From positions 3,510,001-3,542,000 of the forward strand of contig NC_009925.1 of assembly GCF_000018105.1 (NCBI RefSeq): a DNA stretch of 32,000 bases, written 5' to 3'. The notes under the pieces are model-generated. The model was not told the DNA's origin, did not search any database, and saw only the letters and a program-made list of their open reading frames with translations. This stretch comes from Acaryochloris marina MBIC11017. GTDB taxonomy: Bacteria > Cyanobacteriota > Cyanobacteriia > Thermosynechococcales > Thermosynechococcaceae. A program made the position numbers and the translations under genes. This document shows, in pieces, positions 16,268 to 24,300 of the stretch (the first letter of the stretch is position 1; each line of letters begins with the position of its first letter).

Positions 16268-17377
16268 ATGCCTCTCGATTTTCATTTCAATCTGTTCGAT
16301 TTTCTGATGGTGATGGCCGTTGAGCTGGGTATCGGACTCCTGATTAGCTTGATCAAAAGCGCTTTAGTGAAGCGACATGCCATTAACAATCCAGACCGTT
16401 ATCAAGTGTTTCAATGTAATGACTATGAGTCAGTTGGGTATGGTGCTCGAAAGCTCGATAATTCTGACAATGCTTTGGGGTTGGACTACAGCTTTGTAAT
16501 CGTTGAATTTCAGGCAGGAGAAGTTATTCGAGAACGATTCTTCTCACCGCTAGGTGACTCAATCAAGGTTGAGTATATCGATGGTGCACCAAAAGCTAAG
16601 ACATCATTCTGGTCAGTACCTATCTATTCGATGACTGTTGTGATTCCTTTAGTAGTTGGTGTTTTGGGAGTCCTGGTTATTACTGAACTGGATGATGATA
16701 GCTTTGAGAATGCTTATGAAATCGCTTCTAACATTGGGAATTACGCAATTTATTTAATGGCTTCTGGCGTTGTGTGGACCACTGTACTGAATGGTATCCC
16801 TAGCGTGTTCGCTATGAATGAGATTGTGAATAGAGATGCGACTAATATCTCCAATCGTCAATTGTCGCCACCCATTCCAGCAGAAACAACCATCTCAGTA
16901 CCAAAAGAACGCGAACCAATTGTGTTGGAGCGCTACTTTTGGGTGTTTATCATCGCTGTCACACTTTTTAATGGATTAACGCTGTATTTCCAAGGATGGA
17001 ATGATATGGCAACCCTGGAACTGAAGTTGAGCTATGCCAAACTCACGCTCTACGTACTGTTGTGGGCCAATGTACCTTGGATAGTGATGGGCACAGGTTG
17101 TCTACAGAAAAATTTGACCTTCAAAGATTATCTAGAGCCTCAAACCCTGCACCCTGCCTTAATTGCCTTTTTTGTTTCACTGGTTTGTGTCTTTGCGGTT
17201 GGCAGTTATTGGATATTTGCTGCAGGTGGTGCTGTGCAGCTTTTGCATTACCCAGGGATTGATGCTCACTCTTGGACTTTAGAACAGGTTAAACAGATCT
17301 GGGGGCTTGGAGTGATATCAGGGATAGGTACGATAGGGGTTATGGTCGCCCGCGTGAATCGCACTTCCGTTGATTGA
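16268..17377 (+). CDS. Hypothetical polytopic membrane protein (about 7 TM helices)
   Basis: 369-aa ORF starting 36 nt after the exonuclease stop. It has an N-terminal TM, an ~80-aa soluble insert, then six further hydrophobic helices. No family recognised. Confidence 0.7.
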   Translation: MPLDFHFNLFDFLMVMAVELGIGLLISLIKSALVKRHAINNPDRYQVFQCNDYESVGYGARKLDNSDNALGLDYSFVIVEFQAGEVIRERFFSPLGDSIKVEYIDGAPKAKTSFWSVPIYSMTVVIPLVVGVLGVLVITELDDDSFENAYEIASNIGNYAIYLMASGVVWTTVLNGIPSVFAMNEIVNRDATNISNRQLSPPIPAETTISVPKEREPIVLERYFWVFIIAVTLFNGLTLYFQGWNDMATLELKLSYAKLTLYVLLWANVPWIVMGTGCLQKNLTFKDYLEPQTLHPALIAFFVSLVCVFAVGSYWIFAAGGAVQLLHYPGIDAHSWTLEQVKQIWGLGVISGIGTIGVMVARVNRTSVD

Positions 17378-17601
17378 GCTTAAGGCTCTTGACGGGTTAT
17401 TGGATTATGTTGATCACGAGAGTTCACCACTTTTGAGAAATGGGTTCGAGACCAAGTTGCTAATTAAGAGAGAACGAGCATGAATAGGAACCATAACTCA
17501 TCAAAAGGCAATCAAAATCCAGCTCAAGGCTATACGGATTACTCAAGACCAGGGTCAGAGTAATAAAATCAGTCGTTGGGTCGTTTCTCTCTTGATTTAT
17601 T

Positions 17602-19485
17602 ATGTCGGCACCAGATTTAATCCATACCCTGGAACAGACAACTCGGAAACGACTCAAACAAATGTCTGTTGAGGACTTTAATCAAAGTCTGGATGATACC
17701 TATCACCATTTGCAACTTCAGCCCAATGCTTATGCCCTAAATGATGAACATCAAATCGTTGGGCTGAGTTTGCAAGGGGTGGATGGCCATGAATTAGTGG
17801 ACGCATCCATCGAGCAATATCCACATCTCTCCGCCTTGTATTTATTCGATATTGTCTCGCCCGAAATCGTCCCATTTGCCAGTCTCCCAGGACTCTCCAC
17901 CATTGCCCTGTCGGGACAAGACGTGACGGCTGCCTCCTATCTTCAGCCAACCACCAATCTCACCACGGTTTATTTAAAAACCACCAATATTTCTGATTAT
18001 TCCTTCTTGTCGGACCTCAAGAACCTAACCCACCTCGACTTAAGCAACAATCAGATTGCTGATCTTTCCTTTATCCAAGACCTTAAACAACTCACTAGCC
18101 TCGGGTTGGCGTCAAACAAAATTGTTGATATCTCAGGACTAAAAGACCTGACGAAACTGAACACCCTGAATTTGCGCTCCAATGCAATAGACGATTATTC
18201 CGTGTTGCTCAATCTCAAAGAACTTCGCCAACTAACGGTTAGTGTTCGTGAAGCAACCGATCTTGCCTTTCTACAAGATCTTAAAGACCTGACCCATCTA
18301 GATCTCAGTTACAACCACTGGATTTCTGATATTTCGGTTTTACGCAATCTCCCAAAGCTCACCCATCTAGATTTAGGGTCTAATCAGATTTCGAATATTG
18401 CAGTTTTGCTAGACCTGCAACAACTTACGCACCTGTCTTTAAGTTCCAATCAAATTTCTGATGTTTCTGTCTTACAAACCCTCCAGGGACTTGAACGTCT
18501 GGATGTCAGTGCTAACGAGATTGCTGATATCGCCATCCTACAAAATCTCCAAGGGTTGACCCATCTGGATATCAGCTCTAACGAAGTGTCTGACATTTCC
18601 GTTTTGCAGGATCTCACGACGCTCACCCAACTGAACGTCAGTTCAAATGAGATTATTGACTATTCCGTTTTACAAGGTCTAACCCAACTCACGAGCCTAG
18701 ATGTCAGTGATAATCAGATGTCTGAGATCTCAGACTTACAGGGACTGCACTCACTCACCAGTCTGAACCTCAGCTATAACCAGCTGTCTGATATTTCAGT
18801 CTTACAGGACCTCAAGCAACTGGCTACTCTGAACTTAAGCTACAACCCAGTCTCTGATATTGCAGTACTGCAAAACTTCAAGGATCTCACCACCCTGAAT
18901 TTAAGTTTCACCCAGATTACCGACCTCTCCCACCTGCAAGACCTTAAAGGACTAATCAGTTTAGATTTACATAGCAATCAGATTACAGATATCTCAGCGT
19001 TACAAGACCTGGAGGGACTCTACCGGCTGAATGTCAGTGATAATCAGCTGTCCGATATTGCTGCATTAAGAAAACTCAAGGGCCTCTTCAGCCTGAATTT
19101 AAGCATTAATCAGATTTTAGATATTGCAGCCCTACAAGATCTCACAAGACTAACTAGCTTGAATGTCAGTCATAATCAGCTGTCTGATATTTCAGTTTTG
19201 CAGGGACTCACCAGGCTGAACAGTCTAGATTTAGGAGCCAACCAGATTGCTGATATCTCAGTTCTGCAAAATATCCCAGGGCTTTTTAGTCTGGATTTGC
19301 GATTTTCTGATGTTTCTGTGTTTCAAGACTTCAAGGGATTGACCAGTCTGAATCTCAGTTCTAATCAAATTTCTAGCGTTCCTGAATGGTTACGTGAACA
19401 GGGGCTTCCCATTCAAACGGAGGATGAAGAGGCCTTATTCTGCATTAACTTATGTGGTAATCCCCTCCCAATGTCACCTGGATAG
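17602..19485 (+). CDS. Leucine-rich-repeat protein (internalin-type 22-residue LRRs), no signal peptide
   Basis: 627 aa. At least 21 consecutive units of consensus LxxLxxLTxLxLSxNQIsDIsvLq. Confidence 0.9.
   Translation: MSAPDLIHTLEQTTRKRLKQMSVEDFNQSLDDTYHHLQLQPNAYALNDEHQIVGLSLQGVDGHELVDASIEQYPHLSALYLFDIVSPEIVPFASLPGLSTIALSGQDVTAASYLQPTTNLTTVYLKTTNISDYSFLSDLKNLTHLDLSNNQIADLSFIQDLKQLTSLGLASNKIVDISGLKDLTKLNTLNLRSNAIDDYSVLLNLKELRQLTVSVREATDLAFLQDLKDLTHLDLSYNHWISDISVLRNLPKLTHLDLGSNQISNIAVLLDLQQLTHLSLSSNQISDVSVLQTLQGLERLDVSANEIADIAILQNLQGLTHLDISSNEVSDISVLQDLTTLTQLNVSSNEIIDYSVLQGLTQLTSLDVSDNQMSEISDLQGLHSLTSLNLSYNQLSDISVLQDLKQLATLNLSYNPVSDIAVLQNFKDLTTLNLSFTQITDLSHLQDLKGLISLDLHSNQITDISALQDLEGLYRLNVSDNQLSDIAALRKLKGLFSLNLSINQILDIAALQDLTRLTSLNVSHNQLSDISVLQGLTRLNSLDLGANQIADISVLQNIPGLFSLDLRFSDVSVFQDFKGLTSLNLSSNQISSVPEWLREQGLPIQTEDEEALFCINLCGNPLPMSPG
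18007..19389 (+). repeat. Tandem ~66-bp coding periodicity (LRR array)
   Basis: 21 units of 19-23 codons. Units are diverged at DNA level but share exact stretches, for example the 20-mer CAGCTGTCTGATATTTCAGT at 18781-18800 and near 19178-19197. Confidence 0.85.
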
Positions 19486-19533
19486 CGTTTGAATATCTGT
19501 AGATTGAAGGTATCCAACGAAGCCATCCCCTGA

Positions 19534-21270
19534 CTACATTGCATCTCCTACCAGCACCTGCCAGGACAGCTCATTCAAATCAAGAACGAACTCCACATCG
19601 TTCTCCACATACTCAAGATGATCGCCTTGCTGAACCCAACGATTCCCACCCGTAATATGAATCTGGTTATTAGTGAGCATCGCTTGATGATTACTAATCC
19701 AGCCCGGTGGCTGTCCGCTAGTCACAAGCTTGGTAATCACAAATGTATGGCAGTTTAAGCAATACACCGGGGTTTCATCGATCACTCGATCCCAGGGATA
19801 GCCGAGATTGCCAATGATATAGATTTGGGCGTCCACAAGGGTAGCGGTATGGAAATCAGTGGGGGGAAAGACATTCCGAGGATAGCCATAAATTGTGAAT
19901 CCGCCTTCACCATCCGAGACCACCACATCGTTGTAGATATAAAAGTCTGGATCGTAGTAATCTTCATGCTCACCCGCAATTTCGATCACCCTGCCATCCG
20001 GCAACAACGTGATGGATTGACCATAACGATTGAATGACCAAACCGGACCCGCTTCTTCTGTCTCTGTATCCCGATAGTGGTGACGCGCCCCATAGGCTGA
20101 GTAACGCAGCTTTACCATATCTCGCCAGAAGGGAAAAGACATTTCCTCGGGATTCGTTGCCCCAAACGTTGGGTGTTTCTGGGTCTGATAGATTTGGGGA
20201 GAGACGGAATAGAACCTCGATGAATCAACCTGGGTTAACTGGCAGCGAACCTCTTGATTCACATCTTGTAGCTTAGCCCCTGCCGTGACAAGCAACTTCG
20301 CCATCGCCCCGCTCTTGGCCTTTTTAATAATGTGCCGCTCAGATTTGCGGATGCCTTGACTGACATAGGTGAGCTTCGCCCCTGCTGCCAAGAGGTGTTG
20401 AGCGATGACCACATCATCTAGCTCCACGGCGGATAAGAGAGGTGGTTCACCCGTGTCGTCTGTGCCGTTGACGTCTTGCCCTATCTCAATCAGCCAGGCT
20501 ACCAGAGCACGGTTTCGGGATGCGATCGCATACATCAGGGGAACGGTGCCATACCATCCAGTGACCTCTGGATCAGAGCCAGCTGCCAAGAGACATTTGG
20601 CTTTGTCTAAGTGGCCAACCTGCAGACTCAGCAACCAAGGGGTGCGCTTCCAGGCATCGACAGCCTTTAAGTCAGCAGTCTCCAACAATGCTTCCATGTC
20701 GGATAAAGTGCCCAGGACAACGGCATGCATCAGCGGCGTCCAGCCCAACATAGTGGCATCACTACCCGCCCTTAACAGGCACTGCACAATTGCAAACCAG
20801 CCACACCGCGAAGATTCAGACAATACAGATTCCCCGCAACAGGTTTCGCCATTTAGAGGAGCACCTTGATCGATCAGAAACTGCATCAGTGCCGTCAGAT
20901 CCGTTTCATTGACGGCGACCGCACTAAACATGGCCGTGATCAGGGCGTCATGTCCCTCTTCATCCGCTTGAGTAATATCAGCCCCTTGCTCCAACACCCA
21001 CTGAATTTTCTCGATTCGTCCTGACTGGATGGCTAGAAAAAGAGCCGTTTTGCGGTTATTGGGCGAGAAAAGCAGTTGTGCGCCTTTGTTCAATAAGAGG
21101 AGGACAATTTCTAGAGAAGCGATGGGGCTAGATAGAGCGCACTGGATAGGGGTAAGACCATAAGTCGCTTCCCCACCGTCTTGATCCTGGATTTCCAGAT
21201 CGGGTACTTCAGTCAGTGCTTGCCGAACGCTTTCCAGATCGCCGTTGTACGCATCTTGGTGGATTTTCAT
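19534..21270 (-). CDS. Ankyrin-repeat protein with a C-terminal Kelch-like/beta-rich domain
   Basis: 578 aa. The N-terminal ~345 aa contains multiple ANK units (G.TPL..A......V..LL..GA). The C-terminal ~230 aa has repeated beta-strand motifs (DGRVIEIAGE, IYIIGNLGY, IHITGGNRW). ATG 21270 is 33 nt downstream of the caspase gene stop and has AGGA 4 nt upstream. Confidence 0.85.
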   Translation of the reverse strand: MKIHQDAYNGDLESVRQALTEVPDLEIQDQDGGEATYGLTPIQCALSSPIASLEIVLLLLNKGAQLLFSPNNRKTALFLAIQSGRIEKIQWVLEQGADITQADEEGHDALITAMFSAVAVNETDLTALMQFLIDQGAPLNGETCCGESVLSESSRCGWFAIVQCLLRAGSDATMLGWTPLMHAVVLGTLSDMEALLETADLKAVDAWKRTPWLLSLQVGHLDKAKCLLAAGSDPEVTGWYGTVPLMYAIASRNRALVAWLIEIGQDVNGTDDTGEPPLLSAVELDDVVIAQHLLAAGAKLTYVSQGIRKSERHIIKKAKSGAMAKLLVTAGAKLQDVNQEVRCQLTQVDSSRFYSVSPQIYQTQKHPTFGATNPEEMSFPFWRDMVKLRYSAYGARHHYRDTETEEAGPVWSFNRYGQSITLLPDGRVIEIAGEHEDYYDPDFYIYNDVVVSDGEGGFTIYGYPRNVFPPTDFHTATLVDAQIYIIGNLGYPWDRVIDETPVYCLNCHTFVITKLVTSGQPPGWISNHQAMLTNNQIHITGGNRWVQQGDHLEYVENDVEFVLDLNELSWQVLVGDAM

Positions 21271-21303
21271 TGCGTCCTGTGCCCAAACCTTGGGTCAGCA
21301 ACA

Positions 21304-24300
21304 TCATTGGGAACACTGCCGTTGCGAAGGCAGTAGCTTAGCAGTCGTTGTGAGATAGCTAGAGAGATGGCGACACCCCTTCTCCAATAAACCATCTAGA
21401 TCGAGATTGGCATTCTGGAGAGTCTCTCCGGTGCTCACCCATATTTGCTTACCCAGCAAATTGATCTGTGCCACAGCGCCTAACCCATCCAGCGTTTTGA
21501 TCAGTCTGCCTTGATCTACCTGCCACACCTTAACCGACTGATCCGCACTCCCCGAGACTAAAATCGGCTGATCAGGCAGAAATGCCAAACTCGTCACCCC
21601 ATTTTGATGGCCCGTCAGGGTTTGGACTAACGTCCCGTCTCGCCACAGCTTGATCGTATTGTCCCAACTCGCCGACGCTAACAGATTGCCCTCGGGGTTG
21701 AACTGGATTTGAGAGACGGCCAAGCCGTGACCCGTTAGAGTTTTGACTGGGGTGCCGTCTAGCTGCCACAGCTTCACCGTCTCATCATCACTGCCCGACG
21801 CTAGATAGCGTGGCCCCATGCTAACGCTCGTTACGGAGCCATCGTGGGCCTGGATGGTTTTGACAGGTTTTCCCGTGGTGGCATCCCATAGGCGAATCGT
21901 TTGGTCATCACTGCCCGAGACCAAAGTTTTGCCATTTGGACTGAAATCGAGACTATTAATTTTGCCCGTATGGCCAGAGAGGGTGCGTTGCACCGTCCCC
22001 TCATGGATATCCCACACCTGAATGGTTGAGTCATGCCCGGATACTAGCTGTTGGCTATCGGCATTAAACCGGAGGGCGTATATGGGCGTTTCGCTTTTGA
22101 GGGTTTTGAAAGGGACTTTGCCCACTTGTGGATCGGGTCGCCAGAGCTGAATTACCCCGTCTAGACTGGCCGTGGCTAAGATCTGCTGGTCTGGACTCAC
22201 GGCCATGGCCAGGATAGGTGATGTGTCTTCAGGAATGGATGGTGTGGCCCAGACTCGAACCTGTTTATCGACACTGGCTGAGACTAAGGTTTTGCCGTTG
22301 GGATGAAAGGCAGCATCAAGGGTCGGAGCGCTATGCCCTTTCAACGTTGACAAGAGTTGACCTGTTTCAACTTGCCATAGTCGGAGGCTGTGATCGGCAT
22401 GGGCCGAGACTAAGGTGTTGCCATCTGGGCTAAAGGCGACGCTAGTTGCGACGACATTCTTTGTTTTGAGGGTATGCAATAGTTGGCCCGATAGGGTCCA
22501 TAACTGAATCGTGCCGTCTTCCATAGAAGCAGCGAGGGTCTGGCCGTCTGGACTGATGGCGATATCGGTGACTGCAGTAGCCTGTTTGGGCAAGGTACGG
22601 AGCGTTTGCCCCTTCGCCACATCCCAAATCCGTACGGTTTTATCTTCACTGGCAGATACCAGCACATTGTCGGAGAGGGCAATGGCATTGACCCAACCCT
22701 GATGCCCAGATAGGGGTTTCACTAGTTGGCCTGTACCGGCATCCCAGAGTTTAATCACGGATTCTCGCCCTGCGGTTGCCAACTGATGGCCCTGGGGATG
22801 AAAGGCTAAGCCTGTTCCCTGAGGGGAAGCTGCAAAGCTGGAAAGCTGCTTCCCTGTTTTGGGAGACCAGCGTTGCACCGTTCCCTGAGTCGTGATCACG
22901 GCAATAGACTGGTCATCAGGACTAAAGGCAACGTCATTGACTTTCTCGCCAAGGTCCAGGGTATGGAGGTGCTGGCCGCTTGCCTGCCAAATCCGTACCG
23001 TTTGGTCATCACTGCCCGACGCAATCCACTGCCCCGATGAACTGATGCTAACGGAGGTGACCCGTTGGGTATGGCTTTCTAGACGGTTTCGTTCATGGGT
23101 ATTTGCGATCGCATCTCCTAACGTCAGAGCGGTTTGGGTGCGGATTGCTCCCAACGTATGGCCATCAATGCCCCAACCCCAGAGGTTTTGCATCTGTCTC
23201 GCAGCTTGGGTACTGGTAAGGAGTGCTTCGAGTTGCTGATGCGATCGCAACTGGGATTCCGACAGAGCATTTAAGGCTCGAATCTCACTGAGCTGAGTCT
23301 GCTGCCGCTGAAGAAAAGCCATACCCGCTAGTCCCGTCGCCACGACTCCCAATAGACCAATAATCCCCACTGCAACCTGTGCCCGTCGTAACCGTTGTTT
23401 AGCCCGCTGCTGCTCCTGTGCTTGGGCTGATAAACCCGTTTGAACAAAGGCTTGCACCTCCGTCGATAGCTCGTCTGTATACTTCACGTATAGTTCAGCT
23501 GCGGCATCCAGTCGCACCCCGCGCAACAGAAAATCGGGAGACTGCTGACTCTGTTGCCAATCCTCCGCCGCTTGCTCGATCTGGCGTTGAGTTTGTAGAC
23601 GAACCCGGTTTTCCTCCAACCACCAGCGCAAGGTGGACCAGTGACGAATCAGAATTTCATGGATCACTTCAACGGTCACATCCTGTTTAATCCGCTCCAG
23701 CCAGTCGGGTTCAGAGGGTTCGGGTACCTCATCACCTTTACTACCTGAGATCTCTGCTGGAGCTAGATCTTCCTCTAAACTAACGATCACTAACTTGGCA
23801 TCCGTCAGCGCTTTCAGGGTTCGTTCCACTAATTCCGCCGGATACTTGGGCACGATTAAGTCAGACTTTTTGATTCGCCGCCGGGTATCTTCTGTGCCAT
23901 CCCCTAACTGAGTCAACGCCAGAAAGATCCACTGGGCACAGACTTGAGCCTCTGCATCCAAACTGTCGTACACGGCTTGGGCTTTGCGTTCTAACGCCCC
24001 CTTTAAGCCACCAATCTGCTGCTGATAAATTGCAAGAGTCAATACTCCCGGCTGGCGCTGTTCCCAGAGCTGCTCTAAAACAAATTCCAGCAGCGGCAAG
24101 TCCCCCGCGAGATTGCTCAATTCTTCCAGCAAGACCTCCACTAGCTCAGGCTCAACTGCTAGACCCACTTGCTCTGCTGGATTGAGAATGACTTGGCGAT
24201 AGCTGTCCGTTGTCAGAGCAGGGGGCACCAGAATATTGGACTCTGGCAACCGCTGGGCTAAGGCGGGGTATTCCAAACAGGGCGCAATAAAATCGCTGCG

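Noticed and set aside
18007-19389. Regular ~66-bp periodicity considered as a possible CRISPR or satellite array
   Set aside because: The periodicity lies inside one long ORF and corresponds to 22-residue LRR units. There are no conserved direct repeats alternating with unique spacers.
20405-20869. 154-aa plus-strand ORF, and the similar antisense ORFs 22892..23239 and 25144..25506
   Set aside because: They are embedded antisense within long, motif-rich minus-strand genes (ankyrin, caspase). Their Ser/Pro/Arg-rich composition is typical of antisense frames.
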